NCBI GenBank assembly: GCA_028281865.1
Contig: JANQJB010000068.1
Coordinates: 1 to 60,354, forward strand
Source of the DNA: Marinagarivorans sp.
GTDB taxonomy: Bacteria > Pseudomonadota > Gammaproteobacteria > Pseudomonadales > Cellvibrionaceae
Length of the DNA: 60,354 bases
Direction of reading: 5' to 3'
Part shown: positions 27,774 through 37,900 of the stretch, piece after piece
How positions within the stretch are numbered: the stretch's first letter is position 1
Layout of the letters: each line of letters starts with the position of its first letter
Translations under genes and position numbers: made by a program
Notes under the pieces: generated by a model
What the model saw: only the letters and a program-made list of their open reading frames with translations
Told to the model about the DNA's origin: nothing
The model's database searches: none

Positions 27774-29571
27774 GTTCCTGCCTCACGAGCGGTAAAGTAA
27801 TAGTTACGCGTGTAAATAGCTTAGCTTTATAAGCAATATCAACTCCGTACCGTTCGCCATACTCGTTTTGTATTCGTTTATTAACAATATTAATTCCCAG
27901 ACCTTTGGAATCGTTCGTCGATTGATAAAGACCAGCATTATCTTCAACAGTTAGATAAATACATTCTTTTTTTTGAAATAAGCCAATAATTATTTGGCCC
28001 TTATTCAGACTTTGAGAGGTACCGTGCTTTATTGCATTCTCGACAATTGGCAACAAAGTAAAACTCGGTATTTCACAGGCTGTTAAACTTTTATCAATGT
28101 CAATTACAATATCGAGATTATCACCGTAACGCGCCTTCTCAATAACCAAATAGGAATCGAGCTGCTCAAGCTCTTCACTTAGACTAGTAGCACTCGAATC
28201 GCGTTTAAGATTTTTCCGCATAAATGAAGAGAGATGCAGTAGCAAGTCTCTGGCAGAATCACCATTTTTTCGCATAACCGCGCTAATCGTATTTAAAGCA
28301 TTAAATAAAAAGTGAGGATTGACCTGAGCCTGAAGTAATTTCAATTCGGATTGGACCAACAGTGTTTGCTGCTGATTATAACGGTTATTCAACAATTGGT
28401 TAGACAGTAACCTCGCAATGCCTTCACCCAAACTACGGTTAATATTTAAAAAAAGTTTATTTTTATTTTCAAAAAGCAGTAGTGTAGCGACGACTTTTTG
28501 GTTTTCGTGCAGAGGGATAATCAAACAAGATCCAAAGGGGCAATCATTGGAATACGGACAATCGTATTGAATTTCAACGCCATTAATAAAAATAACCTTA
28601 TTTTGACTAATGGCACATTCGACCTCCTCTGAGGCAATTTTTAAGCCCGGTTCATGGTGTTCTGCCCCCTTCCCAATCGTGGCAATAATTTTTTCTGTAT
28701 CTGTAATAACAACCGCACCAATATCAGTTTCCTCTTGAATAATTTTAGCAAGCATTTCCCCCGTTTTTGTTGTCATCGATTTGGTTAAAATACCAACGCT
28801 GCGCTCAGCTATGCGCAGTGCTTGGCTTGAAAGGTTAGACGCGAGTTTGTCGTACTCCCTTTTTCTGTCGACGATTAAACTAATAAATATTGCCGAACCA
28901 AACGAGTTGATAAAAACCATTGGCAATGTAATTTCCTTGAGTAAATTTATTGTTTCTTCACTGGGAGGCGCAAAAAGTACGATATCTCCGGAGGGTCTCG
29001 CGGCAAATAAAACAACTAATTTGCCTATACACTGAAGACAAAATGTTAGGCCTCCCGCAACCAAGGGGCTAAAAATAAGATCGGATCTATGTGCTCGTCT
29101 AAGGTAGTAACTAAAAAGACCCGCGACGCAACCCGCAAGCAAGGTATTAAATGCACATGGAATTGCAGTCCACCCTCCAATGGCATAACGATGAATCCCG
29201 CCAACAAGCCCAATGAAAAAACCAACTATAGGTCCGCCAAGCAAGCCTCCCACTATTGCACCCATATCACGGGTATTGGCAATAGCGATGTTTTCATTGT
29301 TGTTTTTACTATTAGCGTTTTCTGAGATGAATTGCGTTTCGCCAAGTTGATCCTTAAGTGGAATACGATTTCCTAACTCTGTTGCAAGAATGCAAAAGAT
29401 TGAGAAAAAAATACAAAATAATATTTTATGGGGAAGGCGAGTAGACTGTTCAATAAAGGGTTTAAATATTGGCGTTTTACTCGCCAAATATGCAATGATT
29501 AAAAACAATCCCATATGTTGGATAAGCGTGATAAATATCTCTAGCATATCGGGCTCCGCAGTGTAGTCCAT
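27751..29571 (-). CDS. Sensor histidine kinase of the LytS/YehU type
   Basis: 606 aa. Multi-TM N-terminus, central GAF-like region, His-kinase motif NPHFLFNALNTISAV and a C-terminal HATPase domain. Confidence 0.9.
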   Translation of the reverse strand: MDYTAEPDMLEIFITLIQHMGLFLIIAYLASKTPIFKPFIEQSTRLPHKILFCIFFSIFCILATELGNRIPLKDQLGETQFISENANSKNNNENIAIANTRDMGAIVGGLLGGPIVGFFIGLVGGIHRYAIGGWTAIPCAFNTLLAGCVAGLFSYYLRRAHRSDLIFSPLVAGGLTFCLQCIGKLVVLFAARPSGDIVLFAPPSEETINLLKEITLPMVFINSFGSAIFISLIVDRKREYDKLASNLSSQALRIAERSVGILTKSMTTKTGEMLAKIIQEETDIGAVVITDTEKIIATIGKGAEHHEPGLKIASEEVECAISQNKVIFINGVEIQYDCPYSNDCPFGSCLIIPLHENQKVVATLLLFENKNKLFLNINRSLGEGIARLLSNQLLNNRYNQQQTLLVQSELKLLQAQVNPHFLFNALNTISAVMRKNGDSARDLLLHLSSFMRKNLKRDSSATSLSEELEQLDSYLVIEKARYGDNLDIVIDIDKSLTACEIPSFTLLPIVENAIKHGTSQSLNKGQIIIGLFQKKECIYLTVEDNAGLYQSTNDSKGLGINIVNKRIQNEYGERYGVDIAYKAKLFTRVTITLPLVRQEHDQYINC

Positions 29572-29821
29572 TCAATGCTATTACAAATGCCAAGCAATGG
29601 CTATAGCAACGCTAGGGCATGCCAACACAAATGATCTTTGTTTAGAAGACTCTTATCATCTTTTTGCCGCACAAAGCCATTTTTCAACCGTTTGCTTTTA
29701 AATATTACCGCTTACATTTTTGCCGGTGTACAACTCCGCAGAATTTGTTATGTTAATAACCCTAGAGCTAAAAAAGATCACATCAATATAACTTGTCTGG
29801 ATAAAGACTGAGAGAATAATC

Positions 29822-31498
29822 ATGATACTCTATACACTTTCACCCATATTTTTTTTCGCCGCGGCGCTTATACTACATATTTTAGCGAAAACACTTCCTC
29901 AAGGACTTTTACTACGTATCGCATCGTGGTTCAGCTGGATGTTATCCGTTTTCTTATTAATAAGTACATCATTTGTAATTGTTGATCAGGAGTCTGTTGG
30001 CCATCTTAAACGCATTTATTTCGCCGACGATTTAAAGCCGGGCCAAATTATTGCAAAACGCAACCAAAAAGGACCACAAGCGGTAATATTAGGACCGGGT
30101 TTTCATTTTATCCCGTTTGTTAATCTTCTTTATAAGGTTGAGGAATTTGGCATTATTGACATCCCCGATGGCACCTACGGGCACTTACTAGCAAAAGATG
30201 GAGCGCCACTTGAGAATCAACAGTACATGGCGAGAAAATGGCCCGATGATACTTTTGATCAAATGCTCGACGCTGAATATTTTTTAAAAAATGGAGGCCA
30301 AAAAGGTCCCCAGTTATCTGTTTTAAAACCAGGCTCTTACAGAATAAATCGCTATCTTTTCGACGTTGATATCTATAAAGCTCTAAACGTACAAGCGGGT
30401 GAAGTAGCTGTAATCAAATCTAATGTTGAAGAAATTGAAAATTGTCCAGATCAAAAAAAATTAACGCTAGACAGCTCTGACAAAAAACAAGGTACAGAAC
30501 TTTCTCTACCTGTTGTACCGGTTGGCTGTGTGGGAGTTTGGGATATGCCCCTTCTACCGGGGCGCTACTATTTAAATACAGAAGCTTATATGCCAACCTT
30601 AATTCAAACTCGCGCTCAAACTTGGGTTTATGGTGGCGATTATGAAAAACGATTAATTAATTTAACCGTAGACGAATCAGGAAAAATCAATCAAGAGGTT
30701 TGGACAAAACAGATAGAAATGCCAAGAGGCGCAACGGACAAAGCAGTAATTGTTATGGTAGAGGGCTGGCGCGTTCCGCTCGATATCCGAGCGGTTGTGC
30801 AAATTGAACCTCAAAATGCACCGCGCGTAGTTGCATCTGTAGGAGGGCTTCAAGAGGTAGAAGATCGCATTGTCACACCTGCGCTGCGCAGCATTGTGCG
30901 CAATATTGCAGGCGCCCCCGGCAGACAGGTGCTCGACCTTATTAATCACCGGGATACGCTCGAGACATTGGTGGAAGAAGCCATTTTTTTAGAGGGCCAA
31001 AAGGCCGGTGTCACAATAAAGGAAATTCGCTTTGGCGACCCTGTAATTCCCGCCGCTCTTCTAGTTGCCCGTCAACGACAACAATTAGCAGACCAACTTG
31101 ACGTAACTTATGAGCGCGAACGTATTGCTCAGGAAAAACGAATTAACGTCGAAAAAAGTCGCGCGACGGCTGACCAGCAAACAGAACTTGTGCGTGCGCA
31201 AATCGCGGTTCAAATTGCGGAACAACAAAAACTGCAAGCAAAGTTGCAAGGCGAAGGTGAAAAACTGCGTTTGCAAGAAATTGCGCGTGGGCAGTTAGCA
31301 CAGGTAGAAGTTTTAGGCCAAGAGTCAGCTTTTCAACTTGCGGAACTTGAGAAAGTATTAAAAGCAGCGACAACTAACGCCAACATCGTAAAAGTACCCA
31401 GTATTTATGTGCAAGGGCAAGGTGGAGGCTTTGAAGGGGCCGCAGCCGTTTTGGGCGCTAGTAGTTTAGTACAAGCGATATCGAAGAAACCGCAATGA
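29822..31498 (+). CDS. Flotillin-like SPFH/band-7 protein (YqiK-like)
   Basis: 558 aa. N-terminal TM hairpin, SPFH domain, and a C-terminal Ala/Glu/Gln-rich coiled coil (IAEQQKLQAKLQGEGEKLRLQEIARGQLAQVE). Confidence 0.85.
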   Translation: MILYTLSPIFFFAAALILHILAKTLPQGLLLRIASWFSWMLSVFLLISTSFVIVDQESVGHLKRIYFADDLKPGQIIAKRNQKGPQAVILGPGFHFIPFVNLLYKVEEFGIIDIPDGTYGHLLAKDGAPLENQQYMARKWPDDTFDQMLDAEYFLKNGGQKGPQLSVLKPGSYRINRYLFDVDIYKALNVQAGEVAVIKSNVEEIENCPDQKKLTLDSSDKKQGTELSLPVVPVGCVGVWDMPLLPGRYYLNTEAYMPTLIQTRAQTWVYGGDYEKRLINLTVDESGKINQEVWTKQIEMPRGATDKAVIVMVEGWRVPLDIRAVVQIEPQNAPRVVASVGGLQEVEDRIVTPALRSIVRNIAGAPGRQVLDLINHRDTLETLVEEAIFLEGQKAGVTIKEIRFGDPVIPAALLVARQRQQLADQLDVTYERERIAQEKRINVEKSRATADQQTELVRAQIAVQIAEQQKLQAKLQGEGEKLRLQEIARGQLAQVEVLGQESAFQLAELEKVLKAATTNANIVKVPSIYVQGQGGGFEGAAAVLGASSLVQAISKKPQ

Positions 31499-31577
31499 TT
31501 CATCTAAATCCAGAACAATCATAGAAAAATCAGCCTGAAAATAGCGCCTCTTGCATGACCAAGGCATAAATTTGAAT

Positions 31578-32576
31578 CTATTCTGTCAGGCTAGTCTCTT
31601 CAGGCCCTTCGCCGGTCGGCTTGTAATCCAGGTCTTGAGTGAGAATAAACTTGTCGAGTTCAGCCCCGTCTTCACGCATCGAAATTTTTATAATGTGAAC
31701 ACCTGGATTTTCCACCGTAACCATTGCCATCATATTTTCTTGAGCAAAGCAGCCATTGTGCGGTTCGCGGCGAGTTTTGACCCACATCCAAGCGTTATTT
31801 ATCGGGCCAGTTTGTTTATAGTACTTACAACCGCCATTAGGGTTATTGCATTCAGGATTGCGCTGACAGCCTTCAACACGTTCGCCAAGCGTTGGCCAAT
31901 CATCATTGATTCCCAAGTGGAGACTATTGGATTCGGTGTCAGAGATAAACATGCGCACCCAGAAGCGATAATCGCCTGCATTGAGAAAATCCACTTCATA
32001 GGTCAAGATAGCGGCACCCCCGCCGTTATCCATCAAACCCGGTTTTTCACCATCTCTGCCATTGGGGCCATGCGCTTGCTTTTCGTCTGGTAGAGCTTCT
32101 ACGTAAACCTTTGCACTTGCGCTGTTAAAGTGTGGGCCATCCTTATCGCGAACCTTAGGTACATTTCCGGCTTTAATAACTCGCCACGTCTGCTTGAAGT
32201 CGCCATTACTGCCGCTCATTTGTGACAAGAAGTTTTCTGCCTCAATCACGACCATGCCGTCGACTTCAACAAACTTGCCAGCCACGGGCTCACCGCCTCC
32301 ACCCGAGGAAGATGAACTGGAGGAAGAACTTGAACTGCTCGAGCTGCTTGAACTACTAGAGGAGCTGCTGGAGCTTGAAGATGAACTTGATGAGCTGGAG
32401 GAACTCGATGAACTTGAGCTGCTCGATGATGAGCTACTAGAGCTTGAAGAAGAGCTCGATGATGAGCTAGAACTACTAGTATCTACAGATTGAGCCGGGC
32501 CGTCCTCGGCGACACAGGCGGTCAGGAGCAGCACGCCAAAGATGCATAGGCTCGCTTTAATATTCGGTATTAACAT
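31578..32576 (-). CDS. Lipoprotein with a ~61-residue polyserine linker and a C-terminal beta-sandwich, carbohydrate-binding-like domain
   Basis: 332 aa. Lipobox LLLTAC, then an uninterrupted run of about 61 Ser, then a Cys/Trp-containing domain (…GINDDWPTLG…CKYYKQTGPINNAWMWV…). Confidence 0.7.
   Translation of the reverse strand: MLIPNIKASLCIFGVLLLTACVAEDGPAQSVDTSSSSSSSSSSSSSSSSSSSSSSSSSSSSSSSSSSSSSSSSSSSSSSSSSSSSSSSSSSGGGGEPVAGKFVEVDGMVVIEAENFLSQMSGSNGDFKQTWRVIKAGNVPKVRDKDGPHFNSASAKVYVEALPDEKQAHGPNGRDGEKPGLMDNGGGAAILTYEVDFLNAGDYRFWVRMFISDTESNSLHLGINDDWPTLGERVEGCQRNPECNNPNGGCKYYKQTGPINNAWMWVKTRREPHNGCFAQENMMAMVTVENPGVHIIKISMREDGAELDKFILTQDLDYKPTGEGPEETSLTE
32295..32477 (-). repeat. Codon-diversified polyserine linker coding repeat, about 61 Ser
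   Basis: Uses all six Ser codons (AGC, AGT, TCA, TCG, TCT, TCC). It generates the shadow ORF 32194..32493(+), EEELELLELLE, on the opposite strand. Confidence 0.8.
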
Positions 32577-33059
32577 AGCTTTGGCATCTCTCTCTTAATA
32601 TGTCTCTGTTTTATCTTTGTTCTAATCGAACGTTAAGCGCTCTTTGAATCAAAGAACTTTCTTAACCAATGAAGCTTTTGGAATAAAGAATCTTCGCTGC
32701 GCTAATTATTCTTGCTGGGCAAAATATCGTCGGAGTATCTATTTATAAGCTTAAATAAGCACTTTAAATTACAAGCACTTTAAGCGCTCTCCCAGTGCTG
32801 TTGGCGCAATATCACTTCCAGAGCTTAACATCTATTAAGCAGAGCGTAGAGCGCAGAATGGCAAGATCAAAGGGTTAATTTCACGGTCTGAGACTAGAGT
32901 CTCAAGGAGGACGCACTTACTGTTCCTACCTTAATTCGCCTTAATCTGGTGAGCAGACAAATACGTCACAAAGTGAATGAAGGCTAGTTCACAGGATCAC
33001 AGCAAATGCGCCAAAATTGATCGTGGATTGTACATATCCACCTTTTTAGGAAAGCGAGG

Positions 33060-34541
33060 CTAGGGCCCAAACACAATTTCTGTAGGCAATAAAAAACGGG
33101 CCAATCCATAGCCACTGAAAAGCAAGCGACTTTTCGAATCGACAGCCATGGCGCGATTGTTCCAGGGTGTAGTAAAGATTGTTCCTGCGTCGGCGCCTAA
33201 ATACGAACCCATTGCACCTACGGGATTGCGTATCGATGGAATTACCTTATTGTTTCCGTCGATGGCAATAAAAAAAGCATCGTTGCCATCGCTAATAAGC
33301 GTCGAACCCTGTGCAAAAGTAACATCACTTGACGGTAAAAATAGTACATTCTGCATTTCGCCGGCGTATTCAACAAAATTGAATTGGTCGACAACTAGGC
33401 CAAGCTCTCTATCAACAATAGATATTGAAGGTACTTGCGGTTCACCTATCATCAGCAGAGTTCCGACGAGCACTAAATCGCCCGAGGAGCGAACAACCAA
33501 ATCCCGATAGTAGCCAACGCCGTCATATTCGTGAACAACATATCCGTTCCCGAGGCCAAATTTAACATTGATGCCGCCATTCAAATCTAACGAAAAAACC
33601 GCCGGATTGCCTTCTACTAAGCCACCAAAGTAGAGATTTTCGTCAGCAAGCGCCATGCTCAGAATATAGCTCTCCGGATCCGCTGAATTTACTATTGGCG
33701 TAAACAGCACAATACCATTTTGACCAAAGTCATTATCGAACTGACCGTTTGCCGTTAGTCGAAGCACCGCCGCAGAAGTACCAAATAAATATTGCCTTTT
33801 TCCGGCAATGTATAAGCTGTTATTTTCGTGATAAAAAACGATATCGGCTATTTTCACCGTATTGTAAATACCACTTCCGTCAAAAAAATCACTGAGAATT
33901 GTCACCCCGTTTGAACCGAAGTCGGTATCGAGATTGCCCTCGCTATCAAACGAAACGATTCTGGAATCTAACAGCCCGGTTATCGCCAAAAATATTGAAC
34001 CGTCTGACTTTTCCTCGATTGCATAAGTTTCTACCAGATCTGCGCCATCTAACGAATAAGACACACGACCGTCAATGCCGTAAGATTCATCCAATGCTCC
34101 ATCACTATGGAACCTCGAGATCACCACCGTATCGCTTGACTCTTCAGACGCGAGCATATACTGGTCATTCTCCAAAACCAGTAAGTTTTGCAGCACATCC
34201 GGAGAGAAATGCTGTCTTGAAATCCCAAGCCTGCGATCGGGATCTTCACCGAAACTCGTGTCTAAAATAAATTGATTATTTTCGCTTGGGGCTTCGCTAT
34301 TGGGTTTACCTGATGAACTTGACGCACTCGAAGAGCTCGCACTACTAGCCGAACTAGAAGAACTCGAGCCCGTCGAGGTTGACGCACTGCCTGATGAAGA
34401 CGATGAGGTACTCGACCCACCACCACTTGAAGTATCGTTTACCGAATCAACTGAATTTTCATTACTACTTCCACAAGATGCCAAGAACCAGACACAAAAA
34501 GCTGCGAAGGTAATTTTCCAAATACAATTGATAGACATCAT
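33060..34541 (-). CDS. Lipoprotein with a Ser-rich linker and a beta-propeller-like repeat domain (repeated D..FG.NG motifs)
   Basis: Lipobox FLASC. Ser/Gly-rich linker (encoded at 34307..34430). Repeats DESYGIDGRV, DTDFGSNGV, DNDFGQNGI, NVKFGLGNGY. The track ORF starts at 34565. An internal Met at 34541 or 34538 is the likely start. Confidence 0.65.
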   Translation of the reverse strand: MMSINCIWKITFAAFCVWFLASCGSSNENSVDSVNDTSSGGGSSTSSSSSGSASTSTGSSSSSSASSASSSSASSSSGKPNSEAPSENNQFILDTSFGEDPDRRLGISRQHFSPDVLQNLLVLENDQYMLASEESSDTVVISRFHSDGALDESYGIDGRVSYSLDGADLVETYAIEEKSDGSIFLAITGLLDSRIVSFDSEGNLDTDFGSNGVTILSDFFDGSGIYNTVKIADIVFYHENNSLYIAGKRQYLFGTSAAVLRLTANGQFDNDFGQNGIVLFTPIVNSADPESYILSMALADENLYFGGLVEGNPAVFSLDLNGGINVKFGLGNGYVVHEYDGVGYYRDLVVRSSGDLVLVGTLLMIGEPQVPSISIVDRELGLVVDQFNFVEYAGEMQNVLFLPSSDVTFAQGSTLISDGNDAFFIAIDGNNKVIPSIRNPVGAMGSYLGADAGTIFTTPWNNRAMAVDSKSRLLFSGYGLARFLLPTEIVFGP

Positions 34542-34569
34542 TCGACACTCCAAATCACTTAACAAATAC

Positions 34570-34761
34570 TTATTTTGACGCCGTCTCCAAAAACTTACCG
34601 CACTCTGAAATATTAGTGATCTGCCCCGATTCCACTAGGCTCTTACATTTTTTTGCCTCTTCCAATTTATTGGAATATGGCAACGCTCCGGTGTTCATAG
34701 GAATTGCATTACAAGCACTGAGAACGCACGCTGAAACTACCACTGCCATGATCTTATTCAT
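34570..34761 (-). CDS. Small predicted lipoprotein (63 aa)
   Basis: MNKIMAVVVSACVLSAC... signal peptide with lipobox LSAC. Short, so uncertain. Confidence 0.35.
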   Translation of the reverse strand: MNKIMAVVVSACVLSACNAIPMNTGALPYSNKLEEAKKCKSLVESGQITNISECGKFLETASK

Positions 34762-34970
34762 AATAACTCCAAGAAAACTATCGTGTTAATACAGGAAAAC
34801 TGTCGTGTTAATAGAAGCTAAATAAGTGGGAAAATTAGATAGAGTCGCTAGCCATCCTTCGCCACTTTTGCCCGCGGCGAAATAATAGAGGCAGCTGAAT
34901 ACGAGAGGCAATATAGGAAATACTAGGGTTTACTATCCATCGACTAAGTGATAACCCGAGCGATAAAGGC

Positions 34971-37900
34971 TTAAAATTGACAACGATCTATCAATTTATT
35001 CATGGTGTTTAAAAAGTTTTGGGCTTCTTTTTTATGTTTGAAAGAAGTCGCCATATAGGTGTTTTTTTGAACATACCCTTTTGTAGACAACACTTCTTCC
35101 CAGTCGTCCATTTCCATTTTTTTGGAAGTAGCGACCCAAGATCTCATCAGAAAGCTCTGACTCGGATTACGATATTTGAATACCACCGCCCAAAACTTGT
35201 CCCCTACATAATCGTACTGCTGAGCGAGCATCTGTGATTTCATCATCTCTTTCACGGTCGCGTTCATCGCCGTATTTTCAATCACCAGCGTATTGAAGGT
35301 AACTTGTTTAAATGCCTCACGGTCTAATATTTCAACTGGACGCTTTAAATCCTTTAGTTTTAGTTGATAACTGTTAACAAAATGTTGATCTTCCAAGTTG
35401 TTTTTAAAAAGGTAATCTAAATGACACGAGCCAGTACCATAACGAAACTGGTCGTTGAATTCCTTAACTGAAGAACTGTGCTTTCTGCCATCCCGAAAAC
35501 GCAATGTAATTTTAAAAGGCTTACGTTTGCTCAATATATCATTTAACTGAGCGACAAGGTCTTCAGATTGGTTTACCCCTTGAAAAACAGGTAACTTGCG
35601 AACCGCACGATTGGCGAGAAGTAATGGCGTCTGACTATTTGGCAGACCATCGGTAAATTGAGCAGTAAGTTCCTTCGTCTTTAAAAAAACCTCTTCCAAT
35701 TCAACTATTTCATCACGATTAATATCTGCCTCTGCATTTAAACTGTTTAGCAAAGCGTAAGTAAACAGTCCGTGCTTTTTATCGTCCAGTTCTTGACTGT
35801 ATTCACCTTCGCCCGACGCGGCCAATATCGCGTATGAGCTAGAAGCAGATTTATACGAGAGCGAGCGAGGTGAAAAGGTTCCTCTCGCTCCACCGGCGTG
35901 GCAGGTATCCAAAATGAGTAAACGTTTTCCTAATACCTTAGAAAGTGAGGAATGCAGCTCTTTCCAACTCAATAATGCGCCGCTGGCCTGGTTTTTGGTC
36001 TGCATCGCCACCAAGTCATCGTCTCGCATATCACTCGGCAAGACGTAATAATTTCCAAAATCGTCATTCACACCATGTGCGGCAATAAAAACAATATTTG
36101 TATCATTATGGTCCGAAGCCTCTAGCCGCTTAAGGGCTCTAAGAATATTAGCTTTTATCGGTTTGAGCCTAGAGTCGTCATTAAGCTCAATGACTTCAAC
36201 GGAGTCGTAAATTTCTGTTAAGCCTTGAAAATAAGAAGCGATTGCTTGCGCGTCGTTGACCGCATAATTTAACGTAAAGCTCTTGTCAGACAAGCTTTTA
36301 TATTGATTCACGCCAATCGCGATAACCCTTAATTTTCCGTTTTTCTTATTCTTCTTGTCCCCAGTTTTATCTTTATTGTAAACAATAGTTTTGCTATACC
36401 CCATCCCATGGTTATTTAAGCTCTCAATATGGATCACATTTTTTCCATATACCATTGGAACGCTTGCAGAAAAATTTTTGCTATTTTTAAACGTATTTTT
36501 ATCCGAAAAAACGGGAATATCGTTTACGAAAACCGAAACGCTATTGTTAGCCGTTCCACCTGGATCAACTTGAAACCTCAATAAAGCCTCAGAGTCGACT
36601 GAAGTGAACTTCGACTCGTGCTGATCAATTACAACTTTCGGAAGCTTTATCCCTCGCAGGGTATTCCCCGAAGGTGGAACCGATTTCGATATTCCTTTGA
36701 CTGCGATATCTATTTTATCGGGTGAATAACCAAACCTCTCAAATTGATACGCAGAGTAAAAGCGAGGCAAGCCCACAAACTCTTGTTCAAGCCACCCAAT
36801 AGATCGTTCAAAATCTACCGTTGCATCAAAATAACCACTCTCGTCCCATACAACCCAATTTGAACCGTCTTGAGAGAAATATGCCGATAAAACAAGATCT
36901 CCTGTTTTTACATTTCGCCACTCCATCGCACCGCTGCTAAATAACAGCACCAGTGTCCGTTTGTTCTGCGATAAACCAGCACTCACTATTATATTTTCGA
37001 GTTTTTTTCGCCACAGTAGCCGCCCTGTTTTATTTGCCAAAGCGATTTCCATGATCCCGAGGTTGAAATCAGGCTCATAACCCAAACAAAAATTTGCTGG
37101 AAGAGGCTTGACCGTGAGATACGGCCGGTTTTTGGTTTTATTAATTTTGCATTTGTCTGAGAATGAAAGTGGATAAGAGGGGCCATCGGGTGTATAACTC
37201 AAATCCTCAGCTTTTAGATGCGTAAGTGTTCGCTGTAACAAATCAAAACGCAAAACGTCCAAAATAGGCATTTCGTCTAATTCGTAAGCCTCCGTAAAGC
37301 TTGGTTTCATTGCGTTGAAGCGAACTAAATCAATTACCGCTCCATCTTTATGGACTTTCATTGAATTGGGTGCATTCAGGTAGGGTTGTCGGTCAGTCGA
37401 CCATTGCTTTCCTACCCAATTTAACTCTGCTAGAACACTGCTCGGCAATTTTATTTTTGCTTTCGACGACACTCCGCGTAACTTCGGATATTTTAGAATG
37501 TAAGGCTTGCGACCCCCGACTTGACCAGCGAAAAACAGCTGGATTTCTTTTCGTTTTTCATCGACCCGAACGCGGGGTCTATTCATAAAACCTGCTAACT
37601 TGCTGGTACAGTATTCGGACGCAAGACTTCCAGAGGTTGAGAATAACTCGAAGCAAACCAATGCTTTATTATTTTTTTGGCGATAAGAAATCGACAGAAA
37701 ATAATTATTATCGATAAAACTACTGTATCTAAGGCCTTTGAGCTCCTTGTTAAAAATCTTATCCCCGGAATTCAGTTGCAGCAGCGTGACAGTTCTCTCG
37801 TCTCGATAAGCCGCCCCCATCTGCGGCTCTTTACCTGAAACCGTAACGGCGAATTTTCCATTGCCTGATAGAGATACATCTACAATTGTACCTTCACTAA

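Noticed and set aside
31499-31577. Possible terminator between the convergent flotillin and lipoprotein genes (CAGCCTGA ... TCAGGCT)
   Set aside because: The arms are imperfect, the loop is about 50 nt, and there is no U-tract, so it is not convincing.
32194-32493. Plus-strand ORF encoding a poly-Glu/Leu peptide (EEELELLELLELLEE...)
   Set aside because: Reverse-complement shadow of the polyserine linker coding sequence. The same applies to 34300..34578 opposite the Ser-rich linker of the neighbouring lipoprotein.
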